A stretch of DNA of 60,545 nucleotides, counting the filler, from Sphacelaria rigidula (taxonomy: Eukaryota), in assembly GCA_964200075.2 (NCBI GenBank). It is 9 parts of 9 records of this genome, joined end to end, with 100 filler letters (N's around TTAATTAATTAA, not from the genome) between each part and the next. Parts side by side here need not be neighbours in the genome. Positions count along the whole stretch, not along the records: positions 47,170 to 53,807 come from CAXNAA020018910.1; positions 53,908 to 60,545 come from CAXNAA020018911.1; 7 more parts are not named here. One strand, 5' to 3'. The translations under genes and the position numbers were made by a program. The notes under the pieces were generated by a model. The model was not told the DNA's origin, did not search any database, and was given only the letters and a program-made list of their open reading frames with translations. Shown piece after piece: positions 49,071 to 60,545 of the stretch (positions within the stretch are counted from its first letter, which is position 1; each line of letters begins with the position of its first letter).

Positions 49071-50959
49071 TGTGATCGCCGAACAGCTTTGGTAGTCGTC
49101 TACGAGGATGCCTGTGGCTGTTGAGTTGACCCTCACTTGCTGGCCGTGCTGATCAGATCGGTTGTTCTCGGCCGATTCTTCATGATGAACGAACAGAACG
49201 GAGAGCGCACCGCGGTCACCCGGGTGTGAGCATGCTATTAATGACCAGAATAAGCACAAGAGTAAACGCTACATAGTAGCACGTTGATTACAGGGATGTC
49301 ACAACTCTGGGGCGAAGCGGAAGTGCGATCCAAAGGGTCAACAGCTTGGACGGACACCGATATTAACTCTTGTCAAATGTCACAATAACCAGTGAGCGAC
49401 TCTGTCAGCGCTGACCGAGTGATCCAGTGGTTATTGTGACGTCTTCCCAGAAAGTGCGAATGTTCTGACACAACTAAAAGCATATATAAACAGAATATAT
49501 TGGTGGGTGAGCAAGGTACCGCTCACTTCACGCAGCTCTGCCGAGCTTCACTTCATTTTTGCACCCCAATCTTCTTCCATAACTTATCGGGCGTCAACCC
49601 TTCGTCAACCCTTTTGGGACCGGACCTCTAGAACGACCAATGAGGATAGTCAGGAATGATGTGTCTCGCGTCTGCACGAAACAGTGGCTTCATGTTGCTG
49701 AAAATCCACGTATGTAACCGCAGGGTTAGGAGGAAGACCGAAAGTTTAATTCAATCTGATTTCAGGTGCAGATACAAACTGTAGTTTGGGTGTTGTGCGC
49801 ATTATAATAGGTAATGTACAGATGTAACAAGCAGTATGGGTCGACGTAGAGAGCTTTCAAAAGGATGTGGCGACCGGCGGGCCGCCGGCCACTTATGGCG
49901 TTGGATTATATCATTGTCCCCATCACCTTGCCACACAGCCTTTTGTGGTCGGGGTGGGCCGCGATTTCCCTCTTTGTTTTTTTCATTGATTTGTTGCGAG
50001 CGGCAAATTCTCTTCGAAGGGCATGGGCGTTTCAGCGCACACACAGTGCAGTACGCCTTTCCGACTGCAGCAGCCGCTGCTGCTGCATACTCCCTTACAC
50101 GTTCTGGGCAGTTCTCAGCTGCGGAGATCAGCTGCCTATACACAGCTTGTTCGTCCCCGCTCACCACGTACATCTTTACTACACACTGCAAGGTATCAGT
50201 AGAGGGATAGGCGGAACTCATGACTATAGCTCCTTCTCTCGTTCCACGGCCCAGCTAGATTGAGGTGCTCTCGTGAAAATGACCACAATGTGGCATGTAC
50301 ACTTTTTCCCGATCTTTGCCCCTCGATCATGTGTTACTGTAGTTACTACGTTTTAGTAAAGTATGGCGATCCAAACGAACATCTGCGCAATCTCGGGAGC
50401 GCTATACTGAATGTAAGTAAAACGAGATATCGTTTCCCAACCATCCGTGCTGTGGATACCTGGGAAGTCGTTTACCTGGGCCAGGAACAGGCCCCCCACA
50501 CGATCTTGATAGTGACATCAGATTCGGTAACAATCCCCGCACTGGTCGTTCGGGTCTGATCGACAGATTTCGCCTCGCCGTGATTGGGCATGTCGCACCC
50601 CGACTTTAGCTTTATTACTTTACGAACACATGGTCAACCCGAGGGTGCCCAAAAACAAGTTCCAGACCCTATGTCCATTTTTTTAATCCTGGATTTTTTG
50701 GGGGGGAAGGAGGTTACTAAATCCCATACATGAATAAAATAAATAAAAAACTAGAAATAAAAAGTACATGACAAACAAAAAATCGTGTCAAGGAAGCTTT
50801 AATTCTTCGGACGACTTCGGAGCCAAGTAAGGCCAAGTTATATTTTTGGGCTTCGGCAGTACACTGTACATCACACTTGCACGACAGGAAGAAGACCAGG
50901 CTAATACCACAATGCTCTGCAATGCTTGCTATATCAAGCTAAACGCATCTATCTGCACC

Positions 50960-51300
50960 CACACGCGGCCATTCGGCTACCCCCCCAAATTCCTCCAGAG
51001 CGGTCAACTTTCGAACCTCCCGAGGGTTTAAACGCCTCCAGAGGAATGAAACACCTCCAGAGGTGTAGTTTTTGGTTTCTTCCAGAGGGATTAAACGCCC
51101 CCGGAGGCTTGAGAGGATCACGCATCCCTCCGGAGACCTTTGCTACTCCCAAGTTCCTCCGGAGGGGTGCGCGGCCCTCCAGAGCGGTAGTTTTTGGTTT
51201 CCTCAAGAGGGATTAAAGACCTCCAGAGGCTTGTTTTACCTGTGGAGGGCCGCTCATCCCTCCGGAGGCATTTTCGAGGGTAGCCAAATGGCCGCGTGTG
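50960..51300. mobile_element. CACAC..GTGTG MITE, third copy, 2-bp TSD CC
   Basis: TIR cacacgcggccatt.ggctaccc with cctccggagg internal motifs. Confidence 0.9.
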
Positions 51301-51449
51301 CCGCCAATTTGCGTCCACTGTACGTCGCATCTTGTGGTGGAAGATGGGGTAACAATCAAAGGCGCTACCTCACCCAAGTCACCCCAAAAGGGCTATCCAT
51401 TGAGTGTTTCTTAATATGGAAAAAAATTCCTACGACCGCCGGAGGGGAT

Positions 51450-51533
51450 GGGGGGGGGGGAAGGCGTACTCATTTGTTGCTTGCCTTGGTCGTGTGACCA
51501 TTGACCACGCATCCCTTTCGAGACGGAGCACCG
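51450..51533 (-). mobile_element. 5'-truncated LINE 3' end inside a poly(G) tract
   Basis: Reverse complement of 57035-57115, with G runs on both sides. Confidence 0.85.
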
Positions 51534-53039
51534 GGGGGGGGGGGGGTACATAGGATGTGGGATTTTTTTGGGCACCCTTGGTCAACCCTGTGTTAGTTGG
51601 GGGGTCGGTCCCAAAAGGGTTCATGAGCACAGCCTGTTCGAGGCCGATATCGTTAGCCAACATCGTCCAACGCGGATCTGTACGATGATGTTGCAGGGGA
51701 CTGCTCGTCTCGTACTACATCAATTCTTACGTAGGTAAGGCGACGTCTGTAATTCTGGGATCATCAGCGTTAGGTTGCAAAAGAGCTCACACAAGTACTT
51801 TCACACCGCCGTCGTATCCTGTCTTCGACCGGGGGTGTGCATGTGTCACGTTGTTTACCACCCTCCACACAAAATCCGCGGCAACTGTCTGTTGACAGAA
51901 TTTTGACCGGTTATACAACTTCAGATGAGAATTTTGATGAACAAGACGCGGAGAACCCTGCACAAGAGAATCGTAAGGGGTGTATTCAGCCCTATCATAA
52001 AAATAGGAGACGCATAAAAATCATTCATTCGGGTCGGAAGCTCGTAAGTGACGGCATTGTCGGGAGGAATCACACGGCATCGCATGTGAATGCAAAAAAG
52101 AGAGATACAATATCCACGACCTTATCATGTATCGAGCCAGGGCACCCGCGGGCAACTGTGCGATCTGCTCCATTCTTGCACAATCCAGTTTTGATGACAA
52201 ACCTAGATCAATGTGGACGACACAAGCAAGCTACCGGTTAAGCGTACCGGCGAACGCGTGGGGTACGGAGCTTCACTGGCGACTCGGAAACCGACCAAGT
52301 GCTGATTCTTGTTTACGGGGCTATCTGCCCGCACCGACTTTTATCGTTATCGATCTGCAGCACGATATAAAAATCACGGAACTTGAAAGTACAGCAGTCA
52401 GTACAGTACGGCTGTGCAAGACGTTCGCTCTATCGGCCAGACAGTGTGCCATGACACCACTCCGAAAACCGTGTATGTATGCCTACCGGGTGCATTGTTT
52501 GCCCTTGTCTGCTGTTCAACTTGAAGTTCCGACGGCGTTCTCAACAATTCAAACACTCGTCTGTACGCTGCTACGACTACTCAGGACGTCTCCCTGACTC
52601 AGTCGATGCGCCATTCACTCACCCTACACACTGCGCACACCGTTATTACCCCCGCACCTAGAGAAACTCCTGAGCTCCTCCGTATCTAAGCTAGAGCTCC
52701 GCAACGCCGTTAACAGGTACCATGTAGAGAGTGGAACGGACAGGAAGCGCGTAACTTTGCGTGGGATGTGTCATGACATAGAACCGTCATTTTCGCCTGC
52801 ATTTCGATCGATCACGTTCAGTGAGTCACATGGAATCAGGAATATTGAACAATCGTACTCTTGTCGTACTCCTTCCCAATGCATTTCCAGTGTTCAAATG
52901 TGCGGGCGTAGTTTATTCCAGTGAAAAATGTTGATATCAATATTAGCTGCGTTACACTATGTATTGTTTAGGAGGGGTTGTTTCGTTACTCTCCTAGCAC
53001 GAAGATAACCACAACGCAACATCACGCCCCAACGCGGAC

Positions 53040-53298
53040 CTGTGTGTGTTATTGTCGTCCCACAATTCATTCTGGACGCCGGGCTGCACCTTCCGATATA
53101 TATATGTGGGCGCACCAGCCGGGGTCTGTGACCACAGAAGGCATCCGCATCAGATGCCCAGTACGAATGTACCGCGCAGATATCGGAACGGTTTTTAATT
53201 TGAAGGCAACAACAACAACCAGCCGGGGTCACACAGGACAGGAGGACGGTCAACACAGGACCTTTTTATTTTTTATTTGTATTAATACCCCACCTTCT
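53040..53298 (-). mobile_element. SINE body fragment carrying a nested insertion
   Basis: Matches 29905-30050 once 53127-53217 is removed. Confidence 0.8.
53127..53217 (+). mobile_element. Short retroposed insertion with (CAA)n tail and 13-bp TSD
   Basis: accagccggggtc occurs at 53114-53126 and 53218-53230; the insert ends ggcaacaacaaca. Confidence 0.8.
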
Positions 53299-53807
53299 AC
53301 ACCCTGTACAAAGGAGTACATTGCCAAAAAACTTACGAGCTGGGCCAGCCTAGAGGCCGTGTCATATCGAGACAAGAAAAAAAAGCACGAAGGAGAAGAA
53401 GCGTTCAAATCAGCATGTTAACCCTTGGATAGCGAGAGTACGAGCTGGGCCAGCCTAGAGGCGGATTTGAAGTTTGCAGGCCCATGCTCTTTTACACATT
53501 ATTTAGAGTTGGGCCCTGAAATTTGGTATGGACAGTGCATAGGGCATAAAACAGTGTTTTCGTGAGATTGAGAGTAGATGATACGATTGAGAGTGAAAAG
53601 CGGTCAATCAGTGAATGAATCGTTTCAATTCCGAAATGCACTACCACGAGGCCCAACATGCTTTCTGCAATAATAATAGCTGCTGGCCACTGAGGCCCTT
53701 GATATCCCTGGGTAGGATATCGACGTGTAGCTGAAAGCACACGCAAGTAAGTGATGGAGGTGAAGAAAAACACACGTGGAATAAAAAAATGACTAACTTG
53801 AAGCGAA

Positions 53808-53907
53808 NNNNNNNNNNNNNNNNNNNNNNNNNNNNNNNNNNNNNNNNNNNNTTAATTAATTAANNNNNNNNNNNNNNNNNNNNNNNNNNNNNNNNNNNNN
53901 NNNNNNN
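53808..53907. other. Artificial contig spacer
   Basis: N44-TTAATTAATTAA-N44. Confidence 0.98.
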
Positions 53908-53968
53908 GATGCATGGTCAATGGTCAAACGACTAAGGCAAGCAACAAATGAGTACGCCCCCCCCCCCA
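53908..53968 (+). mobile_element. LINE 3' end followed by poly(C)
   Basis: ggtcaatggtcaaacgactaaggcaagcaacaaatgagtacg followed by a C run, as at 57061-57115. Confidence 0.85.
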
Positions 53969-54237
53969 CAAACCAGCTCAAACGTGTCACGAAAAAAATG
54001 GCCATGCAGCGCCTGGTGTGTGGGTTCAGGCTGCATAAAGCGACTCATATTGGCAACATTGGCTAGAACAAACTCACGCGTGGAAATTCCCAGCTTCTCG
54101 TTTTGCTCGGCTTTTCCCATTTCGATTTACGGGAAGGTTTTGCCTCCAGAACCACGCACTTTGGGGGGGGAGGCTATCGCAGAAAATGTCTATTGCGGTG
54201 TCCAGCAAAAGTCGTGTTCTTATGTACACAGGCTGAC

Positions 54238-54336
54238 CTGCATGTACCAATTACGGTGGCGCAAGGGGTTCCCGTTGGAGCTGTTGAGGCCAAGTTTCTC
54301 GATCATGAAGCTAGTGTTCACGGCGTTCGGCAAATC
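54238..54336 (-). CDS. Arf-family small GTPase, downstream internal exon (33 codons)
   Basis: Pyrimidine tract..cag|[33 protein letters not shown]|gtcag. Completes the G4 motif NKQ|D in phase 0 with the exon at 60223-60412 and resembles Arf1 DLPNA..KLGL..LRHRNWYIQ. Confidence 0.93.
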
Positions 54337-54774
54337 CTGCGGGCGGCAGATGGGGGGCAAGGGGGGTAGGGGCGGGAGTAGCGCGATGAACGTGATGAAC
54401 ATGATTCAGGAAACGAAAGTGTTCGGAGGGATATACAGAATCTCAATCTATTATTATTCCCGAGTCGCCTGGAAATACTGCTACCGCGTGCCAGCGTTTT
54501 ACCTAGAATCTGGCTCACCCAGCCTAGCAGGCAGTTAGTTGATGTTGTTGAGGGTGCTTACCTTGGTTCAAATCAAGGTTACCGTGGTGCATGTAAACAT
54601 TGGTATCCAGGGTATAATTTGACAACCCGCGTTAGTACACGGTAGCAAACGATATACTCCGTACAATACAGAGCAGGGGAGCACTTCAAAGAGCTCAGCA
54701 TTCAAGTACAGTTAGTCCACGCGGCAGTGTACGCACGCTCAGCGATGTCATCCCGGTAGCTGCACCTGCTTCTC

Positions 54775-54886
54775 AACCTCTTGATCTCCAGGGTGGGCTG
54801 GCCATCTACTGGATCGGCCCTTTAGCTTGACACATGGACAGACTATATATATGACGATGGCCCACCCTGGCGGTCAAGGGGCTTAA
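54775..54886. mobile_element. Small hairpin MITE with a TTAA-like flank
   Basis: cc.cttga...ccagggtgggc and gcccaccctggcggtcaagggg are inverted arms. Confidence 0.55.
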
Positions 54887-55891
54887 GTCTCTGTGACTAG
54901 GAGTATCTGACTCGCACAATAGATTACAGACAATACCACCACACAATCAAAAGCCGCCGCGTCCGGATGGTCTGAGTTAAAATGGTAGAAGCAACACCAT
55001 TAGGGCGGAAGAAACGCTGCCTCGATTCCTGCCAGGTGGGTCTGGTCTTTTTGTTTTCACAAGTATCTGATTATCGCCGTTACAAGCGTGAGGATATGAG
55101 TGGCAAAACGAGGCTGTCTGAGTATGTTAGACGACGGTCGACGCGGTGAAGGAGTGCCGATAGTCATGACCCAATCCGCGAGACTGAAATGTAACGAGGG
55201 GTTACTGAAGGAGATTGGATTATCCCCTGAGACCACGGACTTCTCCCGAGGAAGGGGAGGAGTTGGAAGTAAGTATGGGGAAATATGAAGTACGTAATCG
55301 ACAGGAAAGCTGAAAGTATCGCATGTTCGTCACATGCAGCATTACAAACGTTTTTTTTGCCAATGTAGCTTTCACTATCTTCAGCTAGCGCAGTACGTAC
55401 AGAGATATAGCGGAAACTCGTTTGTGATATACAGCTTGATAGGAGAGTGAAGCTCCGAGTGAAGATCGTCCTATCCCGACGCGTCGCTCGCTACTGCGAT
55501 ATTCGTGGTCACCGCAAGCAGCAACGAGAAACATGTTCGCTCCACACGGGGTGAAAATCCCACCCCAAAAATAATCCCTGTCACTCGCCGGCCTTGGAAC
55601 GATCGCTGAATGTTTCTTTTACAGTACACCACTCTAATGGATGTTAAACTACTTTGTTTGCCTCTTTCGTTGTGTATCCTATTGTTCAGTTTTTGTTGAA
55701 ATTTTGTACGGCAACCATTGACGAATCAATCGTGTCGTTCGTAGTGCCCAAAAACGGTTCAATTTCTCGATCTCCGTATATCTGTGTCGCTTGTTTCGTC
55801 TGGTGTTTATCTTACTTTTTTGCTTCTCGTGCTACTAGAGCCATCTTTGTTCACGGGTGCTCCCCCCCCCGCCCCCCCCCGCCCCCCTCCT

Positions 55892-57115
55892 CCACGTGGA
55901 AGTGGGGAGAAGAGGAACTGCTGATTGTAGACCAGTATACATACCTTGGTGTGGAGATCTCAAAACACTGTTCTTGGGATGCACACACAGACAAAGTAAC
56001 AGAAATGGGTAAGGCACAGATAGGAAGGATGGACGTGATCTGTAGAGATTCACACCTGGATATTAGGATCAAGATATGTATCCTGATGGGCGTGATCGTA
56101 CCAAAGCTGGAATATGCAGGAGAAGTGTGGGAGGGGAGCGTGAAATTGGTGAAGAAGTTAGAAACAGCAAAGATGGCAGCAGCTAAGAAGATACTTGGAT
56201 GCTCGTAAACGACGAGTAATACAGCACTGAAAGCAGAGTTGGGAATGTACTCACTTGAAACAAACAGGGACATGGGGAAATTGAGATGGCAGTACAGCGT
56301 AAAGAAAATGCAGAGGAAGAGGTTGCCAGCTAGAGTTGATAGGTCTGTTTGGAAGAAAAGTACGAAAGGACATGCCATAAGGTGGGATAAAGAAGTCAAT
56401 AAAACATCGAAGGAGATAGGCGGAAACCAAGACGAAATCCTGTCCATATAGGTGGAGACGCGGGTACAAGGCAAAAGTGAGAGATATGATAGAAATACGG
56501 GGGGAAAGAGCGCTCAGACGCAAGGTAGACGAGGAAGGACACCTGGAGATATACGGGTGGTTGAGAGAGGGGATAGGGATCAATACATATCTGCATGGCC
56601 CAATGGACGCGGCGAGAAATATGAAACAGCGATTTCGGGTGGGGGATCTGGATCTGCCAGGGAGAAAAAAGAGATATACCAGTCGTCGGAAGGAGGAGGA
56701 AGTAGATGGACGGAACTGCCTCTGCGGCAAAGCAATAGAGTGCAGAAGTCATATAGTGGCAGAATGTGAGCTATGCCAGGAGAAACGGGACGTGCTAGAG
56801 AGGGAAATGCGGGACGTGAACGAAGGTGGCATGAAATCGTTTGATGCATCATTAGACAGGAGGGAGAAAACGATGGCTATACTAGGGGATAGATGGTGGC
56901 CACAGACGGCGAAACGGGACTGCGATAAGATATGTAAAAGGTTCTTGTGCAATGTGTGGAAGAAACGTAATGAGCTATGGAAGAAATATAATGAGCGCCG
57001 GAATGTCGAAGGTGGCTCTGTTAGGAGTAGGAACGGTGCTCTGTCTCGAAAGGGATACGCGGTCAATGGTCAAACGACTAAGGCAAGCAACAAATGAGAA
57101 CGCCCCCCCCCCCCA
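55892..57115 (+). mobile_element. 5'-truncated LINE (ORF2 thumb plus C-terminal zinc finger) in the Arf intron, antisense to the gene
   Basis: VDQYTYLGVEI..W..H; IVPKLEYAGEVW; ILGCS*TTSNTALKAELG; CLCGKAIECRSHIVAEC. Contains stops and a frameshift and is flanked by C runs. Confidence 0.92.
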
Positions 57116-57474
57116 TCTGTTGACCGCAGTTACGTCCATCATGAGACCGCCGCTACATTCGCAGCCGGTTAGCTAATCATGCGGAAATGTTTTTTCTACA
57201 GTACTGGGTAGTCAGACGTTTTTCAGTGCTTCGGTGAATAGATAAACAGCATGGCTGTGCTGCCTCCGTCCCCCTCGCCCTCCCGTGCTCACAGATGGAG
57301 CAGCAACGTTAACTCGATGAAGGACATTGTTTTGGTTGGAGGTCTTCGTCACAACTGTTGAATGGCCCCACCCGGAATGCGACGGAACGGATCATGCAGC
57401 ATTCGTTTGCTCTTTTGTTTCTGTCCTATAATAACAAAACACCGGATTCCACTTCCTTCCCCTTCCCCCCTCCA

Positions 57475-57628
57475 AACTCTTTTCTGTAGTGTATGGAAGC
57501 AATGTATTGAGCGCCCAAATGCTGGGGGTGTTTCTCTTGGGAGTAGAAACGATGCTCCGTCTCGAAAGCGATGCGTGGTCAGTGTTCAAATGACTACTGT
57601 AAGGCAAGAAACAAAAGAGTACGCACCC
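57475..57628 (+). mobile_element. Diverged LINE 3' fragment of the same family
   Basis: Aligns to about 56935-57105. Confidence 0.8.
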
Positions 57629-59195
57629 TACAACCCGTCACCAGCCACCAGCCTGGCCCGGCGAAAGCCCGGTGTGCTTCGTCCCGGACGGATACCCTGT
57701 GGGGTTGGCGTCGGTGAGCAATGACGCTGTGAAGCACGTCACTCACGGCGTAAGCTAGGGAACCAGATTACCGTTATTTTCACGCGCTTGCTAGCGTCTG
57801 TGTTTTGCGGTAACCGTGATGGTGGTCGAGCTAGATCGTATTGTGCGCAAAGGGGATGATCATACTACGTAGTGTCTAAATGGTACGACATCCACGAGGC
57901 AGCGTGTAACCCGTGGCTGTCTCTGGATGTGGTGACACCAGAAAATGAAGTAACTCATCGGAGACTGTCCCCCACGTGCAAGATCATCAGCACGCTTTGA
58001 GCCAAACAAGTTTAGCAGGGTGCAGCTCAGATTTCACACGACTCGCCGAACACGTCATGGCGCCTCGCGTTTTGTGGTTGATTACGAGACTGGTCCGGCG
58101 AAACCCCGGCGTGCTCTGTCCCGGCTTTGTAGGGATGCAAGATTAACGGTCATGTGATTACGGCATGCAAGATCATGAGAACCCCTCCGTACAACCCTTT
58201 CGAGCGTGAAAACGCACATGTCCCTCGTATAAGTGACTCCCCATCATTTCGTACTATACGTCTTTGAAAACCCAATGATATTTAGACAAGCCGAAGACGG
58301 TCAATTTTTGCCCCTCGTGCCGCCGACGCTGGACCGAAAAAGCCGGCGTGTTATGCAAGAATATTGTCCTTGCTCGTTGGATAATAATTCCCAACGGCTA
58401 GTCGTCGTCTAATGTCTGCAGTTGTCAGATCACCCATCATTGTTGCTTTTTTTTTTCTCGCTCACTTGTACTTCTAACCCGCCACTTCTTCGTCGGGGCG
58501 AGTCCGTAGTCTCCAGGGATCGGCCCATTTCCCCGGCGGCACTTGCCTGGTCATCTGCTATCGAGCATTGGATTACGACTGCTCGCGCAGTCCGTCGGGT
58601 TTCGTCGGATTGTCATTTCGCTAGCTACGTCCTCACGCTTCAACGGAGGCGAGAAGGAAGAAAACGAATTACTGTTGCCGGGAAATCCACTCAAGGCCGA
58701 CCCTTGCTGTACCACTTCGGCCGTAGGTGGTCTGACTTCAAGTGATACGCCGACGGCCAGTTAAGGCTAAAGGCTGCAGCTTTGCATCCCGATACGTGCG
58801 GTTTTCGAAGCGAAAATTGGATTTCCGTCGTTGGGATGGTGGGAGGTCGAGTAAAAGAGAAGGAGTCGACGAGAGTGGACTGGGTGCAGGAGTGCTGGTT
58901 CCATTACCGAGAAGAAAAAATCGGGCATTTACCGTACCGGGTGAGAGAAGGGTTGATGATCGCTTGAGACTACGGGTCCGTCTCAAGGAAGGGGAGGGAT
59001 TCAAAGTGTGGCGAAAGATATACAGTAAAGCAAATGATTACACGCAGGTTTTGTGATATCCGTCGACAAAAATAGTGAAAACGAGAGTCGGGGAAAAAAC
59101 CTCGACGGAAGTCGACGGGCTGCAGTAGTGTTGGTCAAATGTATGCCCTAGAAGGAAGTGCAAGGTAGGTACCGGGGAGGATGTGGACTGTGTGA

Positions 59196-59570
59196 AGATA
59201 CCGACTGATTGCTGAGCTAGTCTGCGAGCTCTGGATGACTAGGTCAGCAGTCAATTGGTTTCTCAACGACAGTTAGGTTGCCATGTTCGAATCCCTGTGC
59301 AAGCAAAAATATTCTTCGATGTCGCGCGGATGTGGTCGAAAGAAAAGGAAAAGCATAGTGAGAGAACTTAACTTCGACGTTGAGCACCGGGTGCGATCGA
59401 AGTCTACCGATTAAACTTAATAGTGTTGGTGACAAGGATAGCAACCGTGGAATGTGTGTACTCGGAGTCATGCGACGGATCCACCGAACGTAGCTGTCGT
59501 TCAGAAACCGATTGACTACTGAGCTAGTCTGCCAGTGCTGGCAGATTAGCTCAACAGTCAATCGGTATCT
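59196..59570. mobile_element. MITE-like element whose TIRs (about 68 bp) are each a 60-nt hairpin
   Basis: 59200-59259 and 59507-59566 are each self-complementary and match each other. Confidence 0.7.
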
Positions 59571-60222
59571 CGCCAAATGCTAGGTTCATTCCTTGAGGCT
59601 ACGGCTTCGCCCCAAGGAAGGGAAGGAGGGGGGGGGACTGTAAGTAAGATAAACCATAAGAAATGAAATATTGGGATAGGCCGTTTTTCAAGGAGCGGTA
59701 TCTCACCCCCCCATGCTTTATACGAAACATAGACTGAGAAATATTTCCCGAAACACATCTGGTGGGGGATGCACTCATGATCATGCATACCGTAGTCACG
59801 TGACCATTGACCTCGCATTCTCGCAAAGCTGGGACGGAGCACGCCGGGTTTTCACCGGACCAGGCTCGTAATCAATCACCAAGCACGAAGCGCCGTGATG
59901 TTTTCGGCGAGTAGCATGAAGGGTTACCTGCATCCCGCTAGATTGTTCGGCCCAAAGCGTATTGATTACCTTGCACTTGGATGACAGCCTCCAAAGAGCT
60001 GCTTCATTTTCTGGTATCGTTACTTCCAGAGATAGCCACGGGTTCCACACTACGTCATGGGTGCCTCACTACCTTTTTTTATGGGGGGGGGGAGGGTCGC
60101 ACGTCCTGTGTTGTGCATAAAATAATATTAAAAAAACTCGCTTCGCTACAAACGATCCCAGGTCGTCCGTCGTCGGTTTGGTTCTCGATTAAGAAAAACG
60201 TTCTCCAAGATAAGTACAGCAC

Positions 60223-60412
60223 CTGCTTGTTGAGCAGAATGAGCACCGTGCGGCCGTCGTCCATGTTGGGATCCCTCAGGACGTTGAACATCTCGTCCCT
60301 CGCCTCTTCCAGACGATTTGTGTCAGCAGAATCCACCACATAAACCAAGGCGTCGGTGTTGACAGAGTAGTGACGCCACAAAGGACGCAGCTTCGTTTGC
60401 CCTCCGATGTCC
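60223..60412 (-). CDS. Arf-family small GTPase, internal exon (switch II to G4)
   Basis: cag|(W)DIGGQTKLRPLWRHYSVNTDALVYVVDSAD..RLEEARDE..LNKQ|gtgc. Contains G3 DxxGQ and the Arf signature WRHY, with canonical AG/GT boundaries. Confidence 0.95.
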
Positions 60413-60545
60413 CTGTCGAAGAAATGGGGAAGGCCCCAAACAAACACGAGACGCATCCATCACTCGATCGATCACTCAATGAAACGAATACCAGTGTTGG
60501 GGGGCGTACTCATACCAGTGTTGGGGGGGGGGGGCGTCCTCATTT

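Noticed and set aside
49802..50221. Gag or zinc-knuckle ORF (CTVCALKRPCPSKRIC)
   Set aside because: The spacing does not fit CX2CX4HX4C and no pol domains are adjacent.

Overview
This window is not one locus. It is nine unplaced contigs of 6638-6639 bp, sorted by length and joined by artificial 100-bp spacers (N44-TTAATTAATTAA-N44), so nothing can be inferred across a spacer. The DNA is eukaryotic and repeat-rich. Long introns and the look of the TE families suggest a brown alga (Phaeophyceae), but that is inference only. Host-gene sequence is sparse: two spliced exons of a divergent Arf-family GTPase separated by a 5.9-kb intron (last contig), and a probable terminal exon of a protein kinase with an IQ-like motif (first contig). 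The rest is decayed, nested mobile DNA: five Ty3/Gypsy remnants (two carry a chromodomain plus an extra Tudor-like domain), LINE fragments, tRNA-derived SINEs and many MITE or foldback elements, several with clear TIRs and TSDs. The most unusual structures are (1) a 2-kb TIR element filled with a phased 42-43 bp array of a conserved palindrome with unique spacers, (2) a LINE family whose copies sit in poly(C) tracts and have no poly(A) tail, and (3) a TG..CA MITE carrying telomere-like repeats. No prokaryotic genes, rRNA or cas genes were seen.
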